A stretch of 63,037 nt of DNA, the filler included, from Asterionella formosa (lineage: Eukaryota): the NCBI GenBank assembly GCA_002256025.1. It is 8 parts of 8 records of this genome, joined end to end, with 100 filler letters (N's around TTAATTAATTAA, not from the genome) between each part and the next. Parts side by side here need not be neighbours in the genome. Positions count along the whole stretch, not along the records: positions 1 to 8,733 come from NKIB01011756.1; positions 8,834 to 17,564 come from NKIB01011757.1; 6 more parts are not named here. One strand, written 5' to 3'. Numbering within the stretch: position 1 is the stretch's first letter; each line of letters opens with the position of its first letter. Of this stretch, positions 1 through 12,983 are shown in pieces. The notes under the pieces are model-generated. The model was not told where the DNA came from and did no database searches. It worked only from the letters and a program-made list of their open reading frames with translations. The position numbers and the translations under genes are program-made.

Positions 1-366
1 ACCAGCATGCTATAGTATAGTACGTATGTATTTCTTTGTGGTTCTTGACATAACTGTAATGCACGTTGGATTGTTGGTGAGATGACTGTTCCCCAGCCAT
101 TCGAAGTGCACGGCTCGGCAGTCAGGCTGGAGATGTCGTTCAACAAATAAACTCAACCGGTGAGCACCTCATCATCATCTCGGGCATGTGACGCTGTGAT
201 ACATGTGAACGGTGAGAAGGAGTAAGCAGTATGACTAGTGAATAACAATACTCAGATATCGATTTGAGAATCTACGTATTGGTTCCTTTTGCCGAATCCG
301 CCAAAGATAACATCAGTCGGCTCCTCGTCGTGCCGTTCCTCTGTTTTGGTAGCGGAACTTTACAAG

Positions 367-1638
367 ATGCCTCCCATTAACAAACTAAAACAGTCAAGGA
401 AAAAATGCCCCTTTGTGATGTTTTCTGCTTTCGTTGTTTGGTTTGTGTTGATGAAGATGTCAATTGTTCATCTTGGTCCTGAACATCCAGCCATTAGGGA
501 CATTCTGAACTTAACCTCGGAGTCTCAGAGGCAGCAATCACCAGACTATTTCCCGCTTGTGGAAACACAGCAAGCTAGAGCAGAAACGACACATCCACGC
601 AACAAACAATCAAATCCCAGTCAAGAACATTCAAGCACTATCAAACCTAGAGTTTGGAGATCGTGGCCGTCACATGCACCCTTACCGTGCTTCGAACCTG
701 ACGCAGAAATGTTCACAGAAGCAGTCCAGACGACACAGTCGCGGATAGGATTTCTGTACGTCCGACCGCTCAAAACTGGATCTTCAAGTATGAATGGAGC
801 AGTTATTCGGGCAGCTCAGCTGATCGCAAACCGAGAAAACCGTAGCTTTGACATTTGCAAACTGCGAGTCTTCCATGGCTTTGCTTCTAGATACGGATAC
901 GTCCAACGAGAAAAGGAACAGTCTTTCCTATATTCAAGTCTTCGAGATCCCTCTCAGCGATCCGTGAGTAGGTTCTTCTTTGCCCAAGTATCGCGGAGAA
1001 AAGTCCAACCCACAGATCAAAATTTCATCAACTTTTTGAAGGCCACTTCTAGGTCCTCGTACTTGACGACTTTGAGTATGTTGCCATATCAAGACACACC
1101 AGAACAATATCAACGTGACGTCGGGAAAGTTCTGGAGGACTACGACTTCATCGCTATTACTGAGAGGATGGACGAATCATTAATCGTTATGCAAATGCTC
1201 TTGGGCTTACAACCCATGGATATGCTTTACTTCTCAGTCAAGACGAATGGTGGCTACGATGACGGCGGAGCTGATACAGGATGCACATTCATTCAAAAGA
1301 GCCAGTTAACTGACGGAATGACCGAGTACCTCAGATCTGATGATTGGAAAGCAAGGACGAGGTCGGACTACATGCTCTACGAAGCTGCTAAAATCAGCTT
1401 GGATTTGACAATCGAACATCTCGGACGAGACAAATTCAACAAGAATCTTCGAGAGTTTAGAAAAGCTTTGGCAGTTGTCAAGTCCGCGTGTGAAGGCCTA
1501 GTGAAGTTTCCATGCGCTCTAGATGGTACCAGAAATAACGACACGGATTGCATTTGGGAGGATTCAGGTTGTGGCCAGAAATGCTTGAACGAAGTTTCAA
1601 CAGAGTTTAAAAATGACACTACAACTAATCAAAGATAG
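367..1638 (+). CDS. Type II membrane sulfotransferase (Gal3ST / Sulfotransfer_2-like)
   Basis: First ATG at 367. N-terminal TM (FVMFSAFVVWFVLM) followed by a stem region. 5'-PSB-like motif YVRPLKTGSSS, 3'-PB-like motif LRDPSQRSVS, and YDFIAITERMDESL. Intronless. Confidence 0.8.
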   Translation: MPPINKLKQSRKKCPFVMFSAFVVWFVLMKMSIVHLGPEHPAIRDILNLTSESQRQQSPDYFPLVETQQARAETTHPRNKQSNPSQEHSSTIKPRVWRSWPSHAPLPCFEPDAEMFTEAVQTTQSRIGFLYVRPLKTGSSSMNGAVIRAAQLIANRENRSFDICKLRVFHGFASRYGYVQREKEQSFLYSSLRDPSQRSVSRFFFAQVSRRKVQPTDQNFINFLKATSRSSYLTTLSMLPYQDTPEQYQRDVGKVLEDYDFIAITERMDESLIVMQMLLGLQPMDMLYFSVKTNGGYDDGGADTGCTFIQKSQLTDGMTEYLRSDDWKARTRSDYMLYEAAKISLDLTIEHLGRDKFNKNLREFRKALAVVKSACEGLVKFPCALDGTRNNDTDCIWEDSGCGQKCLNEVSTEFKNDTTTNQR

Positions 1639-1672
1639 AAGCGAAGAACGCACAGAAATTTATTGTGCAAAC

Positions 1673-4600
1673 TTAGCGCTTTCTCTTACCGCCTCGGACG
1701 ACAGTCGCCATCTTCTCCACAGCACCTCGTCGATTCCTCTTTGTGTAGCTCTTGCCATCAAGGGGCATGTATGCGTAAGGCTCAAACCTTTGCCCCTTCT
1801 TCATGACATCCCCTCCTGCTTTTTTCGACTTATAAGCAGCTCCTAATGATTGAACACCTTTCTTATTGCCGCCCTTCTGTTTTTCCTCTCGATCTACCTT
1901 GGCGCTCTCAAACTTATTCATTTTTCGCCTTTTCCCACCAACCTCAATTTCATCATTTTCTTCATCAAACTGTTGCACTTCATTTGTATGGGAGGAAAGA
2001 GGTGCTTGCAGGTCATCAGGAACAACAAGACGTCCGAGATCATCAAACTCCATTGCGCCCCCATCTGAGTCACTGTCGTCGTTCATTTCCTCGGCAAAAC
2101 GAACACTCTTGGCCATACTAGGATCGAGCATATCAAGAACATCGCCGTCATCCTTCTTGAGACGTGGAGTCGGTACATCATTTCCTCGCGTGCGACTTGT
2201 GGCGATAGTTGAAGCAGCAACACTGCGTTTATCGCTTCGTTCAACGGCGGCTGTACGAATAGTCTTCCCAGTTCTGCCAGTCATTTTAGTAAAACCAGTT
2301 GCTCCAGTCATCAATGTTCTGCCGTCATCGGAATCCTCTTCATCTGATTCCATCATATCTTGGAAGTCATTATTCTCAGGCTTGCCATCAGCCTTCTGGG
2401 CTACCTTGCGTCGTTCGGCTCTATCTGAGAGCTTTCTCATGTGCGTCAAAAGCCGAGTATCAGTTGCGGGCACCATTGGCATGAGTTTGTCGTACCAATA
2501 AACTCGAACCAGCTTCTTCAAAATGATCTTGATCTTCGCACGGAAACGATCTTTGCCCTTATGGTACTTTAAAAGCCCGTTGACAAGGTCAGGAAGCGTG
2601 GGTTCAAGTTGCTCTGGTGTCATAGCTGCAACACTAACTCTTACAAAGCCGACAACGCTCTTGATAACTTCTCTCGAGTTTTCACCGAAGAGAACAATAA
2701 TAGTCTGGAGTAACGAAGGTAACAATGCATGTACCGAAAGATCGTTCCTTGCATGTTCGAAGACAAGGCGCGACATTGCCATGACTGCTGCTGACCGCAT
2801 ATGAGGGGTTTGGGCACCAAGGGCGGCCATAACAATATAGAAGTACTCTGACATGTTATCTTTTCGTGCTCCCATGTTAAGTAATAGTTGATATCCCGCC
2901 TCTCTAGTCTTCGCGTTTGAATCCTTCAGACAGAGGAGGACTTCTCCCACAACCTTAGGGATAATATCCATGTGTTGCTTGTTCGTCGAGTCAAACTCAT
3001 TCACAATCAAAGCCATACATTTTAGTCTCATGTGTCTCGCAGATACTTGACATGTCATGATGGATCCGACGAGCAACTCGGTCAACTCATTGAGTCGCTC
3101 ATGTTCTGTAACAAAGCTCGGGTACTGAGAGCAGATCTCCGCCATGACTTTATATGCCTTCTTCTGAACTCGAGATTCATGAAGGTCAGAACGAATGAGA
3201 GGCTTCACTGCTCGATAGAGAAGTGCAACACTATCCTCGTCCAAAGCTTCAGACGAGACTAGGGCCTGAGATAGACCTAGAAAAGTAGAAATCTTTTCGG
3301 TTTCATCTTCCTCTGATTGAGTTGCTGCAAGCAGGCGCTGTATCACCTTCTTGAACAAACCTTGCAAATACGCTTTCGGGGCAAGTCGAGACAACGCTGC
3401 AATCGCCTCTGTAACGCTTTGAACTCTTTGCGCTTCTAGAGATTGTATGTTTTGTTTCGACTCAGCATCGCCCTCGTCGACGTCCATACTATCCTTAGCG
3501 TTTGTGACTTCGGATAACGTTCCATTCAATGTTTCAACCAGCTTGAATAATGCTGGAAGGAGTTTGGTTGTCAACTCAGCTAGGATGTCTGCCTCAACTT
3601 CTCCTTCATCGTTTATTGAGCGACGATCGAAAATTCCTGTTGCCAGTGTCTTCAGACCCCCACAAATAATGCTTACAAGCTGCGGATATCGGACATCACT
3701 CATGGCTCTCACCAACGTTTGAGACAGATTTGGAAAAGTAGCCTGTAAGTCGGCTGGATGCATGGCAAAGCACGGAAATAGTGACCAAAGGTCGGCCACT
3801 CGTGCTCGATGAAATGCTGCTTCAGACGGGTGTGCTACAGCGAAGGCATCACATTTTCGAGCCAATCCTAGCATTTCCTGTTGGAAGAAGGCCAGATGAG
3901 GTTGCAGTGGTTGTACTGCCATGGAAGCTGACTTCAACACTGGAAGCAACCAAGCACGGCTGATGCTCACAACTCCCGCTATTTCCTTCTTTTTGGATTT
4001 TACATTACTCTTAACATCCGCCCACCGAATCCAACCCCAGAAGGCTTCAATCCCGACACCTTGTACCAAAGATGACACTGCCTCTTCAATGGCCTGCCTT
4101 GACGAGTCATCGTCAGCTACGTGAATTCTCAACTTAATCAAGGATTCAACAATCTCTGGTAATTCCATTTGGCTGGGCATCATCTGGAGCAAATATGTCA
4201 AAGTCTGCAAGGTAGCGGTCCAGGTGGGTCGGTAATTGTCTTGTAACACAACTTCCAGACAGCGCAAAGCTTCCCTCAACGCTAAATCGACATCTGAGGA
4301 GTGGGTTCCACTTTCAACGAGAGGACCAAGCCTCTCCCGAAATAGCTTGGTCAACTCCACCATTACCGCTTGAGCAACATCTTGGTCTGACTTTTCTTCG
4401 ATTGGCCGAGAAAGCTGAACTGCCACTTGAATAGAAAGGGGCAACAGCTTCAGACCAACGGGTGGGTTCGAACTGATAACGCGACTTTCGGCGATCAAAA
4501 CGAGCCTACCATACATGGATCGACCAGCTTCCAGAAGGCAAAATTCTGCTGATTGAAAAACTAGGGATGGCTTAGCTTGTAAAACACTTGCCAAGACACG

Positions 4601-5500
4601 AGCAGAAAATGTATTCAACTTTTCCTTGCGATTCCAATCTTCATCTTCCAACATGGCAAGCAAGTCCAATAAAAGTGCATTGATAAGAATGACCTTCGAT
4701 GTGGTATCCTTTCGAAAGCTTGCTACGAAGTCACCAACACTCGACGATTCGATTTGCATAAGTACCATCAAGAGTTCCATCAAGTCTCCTCCAATGCTTT
4801 CGAAATCTAATGATAGGGCTGCTCTCTCTAAAAAACTCAAGAGATGTAAGAGGCTGGCGTTGTCGCCTTTCCCTATTCTCGCACGTTCCAGGTGCTGATG
4901 CGAGAATGCTGTCAGGCTTTGTCCAATGACAAGGTGACAACTTTCAGTCATCAAAACATCAAGACAACCACTCTGAGCAGCTTTCCGCACCTTTGGCCGT
5001 CGATCATCAAATAGGTTGAGAAGTGTACCGTGAAAGAATTGTCTGACCAGTTTTTCATTTGTGCTCTGGGGTAGCTTGCGCAAGATTTCAGTCACAGCCC
5101 GACATGCGGATCGAAGAGTCGCGTTGATACCGCCCAGTTCGTCCTTTGTTTCTGACGGATCTTCAGCTCCGACCGATTGGCAGGACGTCACGACAGCTCT
5201 CAACACCCTAGAGGACGCCGGCAAAGTGGCCGACAACGCCCCTGGCGAAACATGAGGAACAGTCGATTTCAATAACTCCAGTAGAGCGACTTGGGTAGAC
5301 AATGAATCAGATCCTTCCAGAGTCAGCGTTCCTTCTAAAGTGGCAACAGTCGAAGCGTACACCTTGGTGGGCGAAAAGTCGTCGCCAGTAATGTCAATGA
5401 TTGCAGCAGTGACTGCAGCCAATCGAACCGATCGAGGATCTCTCTTCTTGTGATCTCGCAAGCGTTGAAGGACCTCCTCAAAGGAGCCGGAGTCATCCAT
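1673..5500 (-). CDS. RRP12: RRP12-like ribosomal RNA-processing protein (HEAT/ARM repeats, NUC173-type)
   Basis: 1275-aa intronless ORF. Helical repeats (DLWSLFPCF, VQKKAYKVM, EVLLCLKDSNAKTREAGYQLL, SREVIKSVVGFVRV) and the RRP12-type C-terminus GAAYKSKKAGGDVMKKGQRFEPYAYMPL with a basic tail. Confidence 0.92.
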   Translation of the reverse strand: MDDSGSFEEVLQRLRDHKKRDPRSVRLAAVTAAIIDITGDDFSPTKVYASTVATLEGTLTLEGSDSLSTQVALLELLKSTVPHVSPGALSATLPASSRVLRAVVTSCQSVGAEDPSETKDELGGINATLRSACRAVTEILRKLPQSTNEKLVRQFFHGTLLNLFDDRRPKVRKAAQSGCLDVLMTESCHLVIGQSLTAFSHQHLERARIGKGDNASLLHLLSFLERAALSLDFESIGGDLMELLMVLMQIESSSVGDFVASFRKDTTSKVILINALLLDLLAMLEDEDWNRKEKLNTFSARVLASVLQAKPSLVFQSAEFCLLEAGRSMYGRLVLIAESRVISSNPPVGLKLLPLSIQVAVQLSRPIEEKSDQDVAQAVMVELTKLFRERLGPLVESGTHSSDVDLALREALRCLEVVLQDNYRPTWTATLQTLTYLLQMMPSQMELPEIVESLIKLRIHVADDDSSRQAIEEAVSSLVQGVGIEAFWGWIRWADVKSNVKSKKKEIAGVVSISRAWLLPVLKSASMAVQPLQPHLAFFQQEMLGLARKCDAFAVAHPSEAAFHRARVADLWSLFPCFAMHPADLQATFPNLSQTLVRAMSDVRYPQLVSIICGGLKTLATGIFDRRSINDEGEVEADILAELTTKLLPALFKLVETLNGTLSEVTNAKDSMDVDEGDAESKQNIQSLEAQRVQSVTEAIAALSRLAPKAYLQGLFKKVIQRLLAATQSEEDETEKISTFLGLSQALVSSEALDEDSVALLYRAVKPLIRSDLHESRVQKKAYKVMAEICSQYPSFVTEHERLNELTELLVGSIMTCQVSARHMRLKCMALIVNEFDSTNKQHMDIIPKVVGEVLLCLKDSNAKTREAGYQLLLNMGARKDNMSEYFYIVMAALGAQTPHMRSAAVMAMSRLVFEHARNDLSVHALLPSLLQTIIVLFGENSREVIKSVVGFVRVSVAAMTPEQLEPTLPDLVNGLLKYHKGKDRFRAKIKIILKKLVRVYWYDKLMPMVPATDTRLLTHMRKLSDRAERRKVAQKADGKPENNDFQDMMESDEEDSDDGRTLMTGATGFTKMTGRTGKTIRTAAVERSDKRSVAASTIATSRTRGNDVPTPRLKKDDGDVLDMLDPSMAKSVRFAEEMNDDSDSDGGAMEFDDLGRLVVPDDLQAPLSSHTNEVQQFDEENDEIEVGGKRRKMNKFESAKVDREEKQKGGNKKGVQSLGAAYKSKKAGGDVMKKGQRFEPYAYMPLDGKSYTKRNRRGAVEKMATVVRGGKRKR

Positions 5501-5808
5501 GATAAGCTCAGTTTTCGATATTTTTTCTTGCTACGGTAACGATAACAGTAATAATTACAACAACAAAATGAAGAAATGGTTCAACGATGTAAATCCATTT
5601 GTATAACCTCTGATCATAAAAATAAAATAAAAACTTCAAATCGAGAATCAGATCATCGCCTTATCGTCACCTCCGGCTGCCAAAAACGCTTGACGTCTTT
5701 AAATTTTATTAAGCAATGGCCAAGGACATTTTGAGCTCATGATCCATTGTTGATATTTTCAAGGCGTACCTGGCAACAAGTAGTAAGTACCTGGTACCTG
5801 GTACCTGG

Positions 5809-5900
5809 TGAAGTATCTAACTAAAAGTAGTAGTATTTGTTGAATAAAGTATGAGCTTGTGTGCAACTCGTTCTCTAAGTCGACACCAAGGAATACGATA
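5809..5900 (-). mobile_element. Gypsy LTR fragment (3' half)
   Basis: TGAAGTATCTAACTAAAAGTAGTAGTATTTGTTGAATA... matches the LTR end at 21262 and, inverted, those at 20648 and 54898. It abuts a (CCTGGTA)n tract. Confidence 0.8.
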
Positions 5901-7437
5901 ATGGTGTAAGGGAATGCATCAATGACATGCGGAAAACACTGATATATCCACCATCCAGGACATGGTATTTTGTACAAAATCCATCATACTAATTTAACCA
6001 GCTGGACAAATACCGTGTGCTTCATTGTCTCGCAGAATGTACCAAGACCAGGTGCTTCTTATTCACACCCTGAATTTTAGGTCAAACTGAGACCAAAAAA
6101 TGGTCGGTACAAAATGTACACACGAGAATGACTTCTACCTCGGGCGGACCACACCCATCCATACCTAATACAGAAAGTACTGATCATACGTTGCAGGGCG
6201 GAGGAGATGACAAAAAATATTGTAACTGTAGTATACACTACCCACAATATGTAAATTACGACTCACTATCACATCATTTCAACCTATGCAGATGAAATGA
6301 ATAGCTAGCTATTAGTAGTGTCAGTACTACTTGTGCTGTTGAAAATTGTTGACAACATTCAACAATGGCATGATTCTTCAGTTGGCTGCTTGAACCAAAT
6401 TAATTCCCTTGTTCATTTCAATATTAGAATCAAAATTTCAAATTCAGATTTCGAGGTTAATATCTTAGTCTTTAATAGTAGATTTCTCCATACTGATAGC
6501 TAGTTTGAATTATCTTGCACATTGTGAGTTTAGCTTCATGCACTCCTTGCATCGCTCATGAAGCCTCAATGATAGGCTTATGGAGCGAGTTCAATCATCT
6601 CTTAAATCTATCAAAAAATCATGTTATTTGTGTGAATTTTTAACTACCAGACCTGCTTTATCAGCTTGCAACAGATGGTGGACCCTCAGTGACAAATTTG
6701 CATGACATGGTGATAGAGAATTCAGAAAGCTTGATTCAATTCAACAAGCAAAAATGCGCCAGAGTTTAAAAACGTGGTTGGTAATTAATAGACGAACTCA
6801 TTCGAAGTTTTTTCTCGCAATAAGACTTAGATATGAAACTGGATCATTCAAGCAAATCAAGTTTATTTGAGAACTACTGCTGATGATATTCCTGAATCAA
6901 TTGGTGACAACAGGAACNNNNNNNNNNNNNNNNNNNNNNNNNNNNNNNNNNNNNNNNNNNNNNNNNNNNNNNNNNNNNNNNNNNNNNNNNNNNNNNNNNN
7001 NNNNNNNNNNNNNNNNNNNNNNNNNNNNNNNNNNNNNNNNNNNNNNNNNNNNNNNNNNNNNNNNNNNNNNNNNNNNNNNNNNNNNNNNNNNNNNNNNNNN
7101 NNNNNNNNNNNNNNNNNNNNNNNNNNNNNNNNNNNNNNNNNNNNNNNNNNNNNNNNNNNNNNNNNNNNNNNNNNNNNNNNNNNNNNNNNNNNNNNNNNNN
7201 NNNNNNNNNNNNNNNNNNNNNNNNNNNNNNNNNNNNNNNNNNNNNNNNNNNNNNNNNNNNNNNNNNNNNNNNNNNNNNNNNNNNNNNNNNNNNNNNNNNN
7301 NNNNNNNNNNNNNNNNNNNNNNNNNNNNNNNNNNNNNNNNNNNNNNNNNNNNNNNNNNNNNNNNNNNNNNNNNNNNNNNNNNNNNNNNNNNNNNNNNNNN
7401 NNNNNNNNNNNNNNNNNNNNNNNNNNNNNNNNNNNNN

Positions 7438-8540
7438 CAACTAGAAAATTTTGAAGACGGCAAATGCAATTTATGACAACAGGAATCAAGTCAAGGTTAA
7501 GCATGAGAGGCCTCCACAACACTCTCCATCTTGCATACACTATGCCAAAAACACGTTCAATAAAATATTGTTTCCCCCCAGAAAAAGTAATTGAATGAAT
7601 GTTTGCATGGAGCTCTTGACATAAGAAACTAACCAGACCACGGTGAAACTAATCTTGAAAATAACCCATATGCTTCATCCCCTTCTAAGAAAAATTGGTG
7701 TCTACCGCTTTCATCAGTTGTTGACTGTTCGAACAACCAATAATGTAACAGTACAGTTAAGTGAAATGCAGTTGAATCATGTGTACTTCCAGGAGACTCC
7801 ACAGAAATCAAAAGGAAGCGGCAATCGCCACCAGCAATGGCCCGTAAGTTAATAGATGCAAATCATCTTCTTTTTCTATATGATAATGGTGATGCACATT
7901 CGTTTTCTCTGGGTTGTCGAATTCTAATGGTATAACCAGCCATCAATAGCCCCAACACAACCATGGAATTCATGACACTTTGTTACGAATTTATCCATTT
8001 TATGACTAGCTCATTGCAGGTCGACGAGGATCGTCTCTGGGAATTTCATTTCTTCAGCAATTGATGTAATTACAGCAGCTATCAGCTTCCCAAGTGTCCT
8101 GTATACGGAAGGAGTGCCCACATTAAAACCCCAGCTTGCATCGATGTATGTTGAACCTCCCAAAATGCGAAGAGACAAACACATGATTTCATCAATGGAA
8201 AGTGCCCGCCTGTCCTATTGCTTGTCCTTATGGAAAGCTCATTCTTTTTGTGAAATTTTGAAGCATGCCCTGGACCAATGACTCTTCTCAATAAATCATA
8301 AGCATATCGTAACATTCAAAACATTGCACGGAAAGTGACAGCATCAAGCATTTGGAACTTAAGCATGAATTGGTCACGAAACGAGGAATAATGTTGACCT
8401 CTTCTGTGGCGATAGTATCTGATCTTTTCCTTACTTTCTTCTGCTTCTTTGTCTCTTTCATTTTTAGCTGTATTGTGCGTGACAAGGGCGGCATACTATC
8501 CCAAAAACGCAAGGAGTCTTGGCTGAAGTTATCCATTGAT
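7438..8540 (-). pseudogene. Degenerate PIF/Harbinger (DDE_Tnp_4, HARBI1-like) transposase
   Basis: Frameshifted fragments FHGCVGAIDG, PGSTHDSTAF, FLEGDEAY, ERVFGIVYARWRVLWRPL and CICRLQNF. Runs into the N gap at 6918-7437. Confidence 0.85.
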
Positions 8541-8733
8541 GATGAGCGATACTTGACATGATGTGAATGTTTTTCACATTTATCATGTATAATTACGCAC
8601 TTTAATGCAGCTACCCTAAATCACACAATAAAGTTTGAGTGTTGTAATTCCGCCATGTCTGTCATTTTTAGCCCTTCAAATTTCCGAGTTGACCCAAGAA
8701 TTTTGGCTGTGTTGGTTCCTCTTTACTTTGGTC

Positions 8734-8833
8734 NNNNNNNNNNNNNNNNNNNNNNNNNNNNNNNNNNNNNNNNNNNNTTAATTAATTAANNNNNNNNNNN
8801 NNNNNNNNNNNNNNNNNNNNNNNNNNNNNNNNN
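8734..8833. other. Artificial contig-join spacer
   Basis: 100 bases: Ns around TTAATTAATTAA (stops in all six frames). Confidence 0.97.
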
Positions 8834-8849
8834 TAAACGTTTTGTTAGT

Positions 8850-9105
8850 TTTGTTCCAACAGAAGTGAATAGGTCCAACGAGCGACAAGAGCACTTACGC
8901 AATTTGGTTTTGTTTTACATTGGTGCTCCCCAACAAGCGAAACGAGCTGTTGAATCAACTGAGAAGAAAGGAAATGTGCGTTTAGTTAACAATTTGTTGT
9001 TGTCCTGCCTCCCAACGATTGTCATCCAAGTACCACATTGATGGCTTCATTAACTTAAACATTCTCCATCCTTCGAAGGCGCAATGTTTCGAAGTCACAA
9101 TGACC
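8850..9105 (+). repeat. Dispersed ~250-bp repeat (probable transposon part), copy 1
   Basis: Closely similar to 50520-50775 (e.g. CAACAAGCGAAACGAGCTGTTGAATCAACTGAGAA, GTCATCCAAGTACCACATTGATGGCTTCAT). Confidence 0.85.
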
Positions 9106-9955
9106 ATGCCACCAGATGTTTAACTGTTACAATCCTCAAAACGAGCATACCGTCATTTCTTCCTTCTCGTCATTGCCACTTTCGGGGTTGCACATTCCAT
9201 AATTGAACGCAAGTTGCAGTTGTTCTACTGTTATATCTTACTTTGTATGTATGTTGAGAATAGATGGTTCGAAGAAAAATGGGTCCTCATGCATCTGCAT
9301 TTTGCTCGAGATAGCTAGAAGTGAAAATCGAAAAATCCCAAAAATAATTTTTTCAAACATAGTTGCCAATTTTAATTTTTGTATAAATAATATATTAATG
9401 ATTCTGTAGCTTAGAGTAAGCCGCACAATAGGGCAATTGAGCCGGAGAAAATCGTAGGAGTCAAAATGGTCCTGGATAAATTTGAATTATCGATGCAACT
9501 GTTACTAGACAGAGGGAGTACCTGTTACTAAAATGTTCGTTTTGTGTAGCTTACATCACATACCTAGCCTGATGTTTTTGCCTTTCATTTACCTATTCAT
9601 GATGTGCTGCTGTGTTGGCTTGCTTACCTTTTGCTTCTCCAATTCATAGGCTGTATAATTATTTTATTCTTGTGAATTTGAGTCCCAAATCATATAACGG
9701 TACATGTGTATACACGTGTAGCTATATTTTTTGGCTACATGTTTTCAGATATATATCCGTACATATCATGATCATAAAGCGGTAAACCCGGTGTACCTGT
9801 AGTCACAGGAGGTAATAGCCATAATATTTTTTAGGTATGTAGGAAGTATTTTCTTGACACTTTTTTCGTTCGTCGTCCATTGTTGATGTTGTTGGCTTGC
9901 TTCATTATTACTCTATTCCTCAATGGATACAGCTTATATAGGAACTTGATATAGA

Positions 9956-11974
9956 ATGACAACCATTATCGAAACGACCAGTATTATTACTGCTGCTGCA
10001 ACTGATGATATTGAACATGGAACGACCAATGTAACATCCGAGCAAGGAGAAGAATGCCAGCTACACAGCAGCACGTGTTTCAACAAGACGATTCGAACAG
10101 GAAAGGCTCTTGTTTGGAAAGACATTTCCATGGAATTGGTACGTATTGTATAGTGCTGGTGTGTTCCGTGCGTGCATGGATCTCAACCAAAGGGGAAATG
10201 CTTACATATATCATTTATCATTTTATTCGATTTATTTGTTCATCAGAAATCAAAAGATGGTTCCGTCGTAGAAAAGGCTATTTTAACAAACGTATGGGGA
10301 TCCGCCAAGCCTGGGGAAACTACAGCCATAATGGGGGCATCAGGAGCAGGCAAAACATCACTCTTTCTCATTCTAGCTGGCCGTACTAAATCTCATGGCC
10401 GAATGGTCATTTCTGATGCATCCTCCATTTCTCTGGGTGACTCTGCTATTACCCCAAGCACGGTCCGTAGTTCCTTTGCCTTTTGTTCTCAAGACGATTC
10501 CTTGCATGCCCCATCAACACCACGACAATCCTTGTACTTTAGCGCCAAATTGAGATTGCCAAAAACAACGACAGAAATTGAATTGAATGAGTTAGTGGAC
10601 GATTTTATTACACAACTTGGATTGACATTGTGTGCTGATACCATGATTGGGGGTCCACTACAAAAAGGAATTTCGGGTGGTGAAAAACGACGTGTTAGTA
10701 TTGGAGTCGAGTTGGTGGCTAATCCAAGTATCATCTTTTGCGATGAACCCACAAGTGGATTGGATAGCTTTGCTGCCAAGCAAGTCATGGGATTACTAAA
10801 AACTGTGGCATTAGCAGGGAATACTGTTTTGTTTACTATTCATCAACCCAGTTCCAACCTATTTTCATCCTTTGATAGACTCTTGCTGTTACACCAAGGC
10901 AGAGTCATGTACACAGGAAGAACTATGGACGTCCCTGCTGATTTTGCTAGACTTGGTTATCCATGTCCAACAACGTACAATCCAGCAGATTGGGTCGTTG
11001 ATGTGGCTCAATTGGGAACTATGGACGAATTAGAATCCCACGGATTCTTTCCCAAAAAACAAAATGACATGAGTGTTGCCGTCGTTATGGACGAGCCAAA
11101 GTCGATCAAGGAAGGGACTCGTTCAGTAGACCCATCCAACGAGAATAATCACGTGTCTACGTGGACAGAATTGGTCCTACTGGTAAAACGTGAATACACA
11201 TCTGTGACCAAGAGTCCCATGCCCATGATTATCAATGTATCTTTGACGGGATTCTTGGCAGTCGTCTTTGGTGTCATCTTCTTTGGTATTGGAAAAGAAG
11301 ATAGATCAAATGCATTAGTTGTGCAGGGGGTACTTGGGGCTTTGGTCAATATCATGATTTCCACCATGATGGGACAGTCACAAACGGCTCTCACTATGTT
11401 CTCGTCAGAACGACCACTATTCTTGAGAGAGTACAGTACCAATCACTATTCCATCTTGCCGTACTTCTTGTCTCATTTAGCTACAGAAGCTCTCAATTGC
11501 TTGGTTGCCATTATGATACAGAGCATTATTGTGTACTACATGATTGGCTTTCAAATGACATTTTTTCAATTCTTTACCATTACCTTTACTTTGGCCATGA
11601 CGTCAACTGCTGTTTCGGTATGGTTGGGTGCTATTTTTTCCAACCCCAAATCGGCGCAAGCATTATTTACTTTGGTGGTGGTGCCACAGTTTTATTTTAG
11701 TGGTGTCTTTGTTTCAACTAATCTAATCCCAGTATGGGTTCGATGGGCTCAATACTTGTGTTCACTAAAATATGCAGCAGGGTTGGGATACATTTATGAA
11801 TTTACCAACTGTGCCCCTGGTCAGGCCAGTATCAATTGTTCTAATGTATTGGCCCAAAACAATGTCAATGAGAGTGATGTATGGTGGTATTGGTTGGCAT
11901 TGTTAGTGTTGTTTTTCATGTTCCGATTTGCGGCCTTGATTGTGTTGAGACGAAAGGGAAGGGATTTCGATTAA
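9956..11974 (+). CDS. ABCG (White-like) half-size ABC transporter; exons 9956-10138 and 10247-11974
   Basis: NBD-then-TMD order. Walker A GASGAGKT, signature ISGGEKRR, Walker B IIFCDEPTSGLD, H-loop TIHQP, YNPAD, and ~6 TM helices. Phase-0 intron GTACGT...TTCATCAG at 10139-10246. Confidence 0.92.
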
Positions 11975-12983
11975 TTGGTTAGTATAAATCTCTCTCTATA
12001 CATGTAGTTAGTACCTTTTGAAAGTAGTAACTGATGTGAGTATCATATATTATTAGAAAAGTCTATCATGGTATAATACAATTTAATTCATGTATTAGCT
12101 ATTTGTAGAGTCTAAGAAAGTAATCTTATTCATCAAAATGGAGAAAAAACATTTGATTTTTGGAGTTGTTGCTTTCCCCCCCCCCCATGATGCCAAAATT
12201 TTATTGCTTGTTGATGACAATGCTTTACTATCAAATGAAGATGGATGGATATATAAGTTGCCTAGACTGGTTATAGCTCTTCCAACATATTTAAGGATGA
12301 AACAGAAGTAGACACTTTTATTATTATGAAAGGATAGTACTGGTAGACTATTGGCGGATTTTACTGGGACTATGGTACTCAATTACCGGTAGTTGAAGTC
12401 TCACTACACTATCACAATTATTGCTAATTGGATCTACAAGGTACAACGGACCAGTCGCACATACAGTTTGTCCCACATCAAGAAAAAATGGAGGTTTTTT
12501 ACCCGGCTGTGTGAAATTTATCATACATTTATTCATTGCTTATATTATATGGATGTGGATGTGTATGATTTTATTCAGATTTTTATCCTGATAACATTTA
12601 TATAGTATATACCATTTATGTGTATGAAATCGTCATGTCATTCCTCTTTTTTTGGGGTTGACTCCGACAACCATTTCATGAATGTAACATCTGATGATCC
12701 CCATGCCCTTTTCTTGTTTCGTTTCATCCTCGCCGTCCTCATCACAATGATAATAAGTCCCATCTATCATATACCGATATGTATATGGAATACCATGACA
12801 ACATGACATTTTACCACGGCCTAAAGCAACACGATTGTTATTCTATAAATGACAAATGCTCCACCACAACTTGTTCAAAACTGACAACAACAAAACGAAA
12901 CGAAACGAAATTTTGGTTATAATTTGTGTACAGCAAAAACAAGGAGAGAAACAAACATCTATTACTTTAGTTACGACAACATA

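Noticed and set aside
1638..1673. Very short convergent spacing of the sulfotransferase and RRP12 (34 bp)
   Set aside because: Common in compact algal gene islands, and nothing suggests antisense regulation.
6863..7540. Long ORFs spanning N gaps (also 30968-32124)
   Set aside because: Artefacts of translating Ns.
8778..8789. Periodic TTAATTAATTAA motif every ~8.8 kb
   Set aside because: Embedded in Ns. It is a six-frame-stop assembly linker, not biology.
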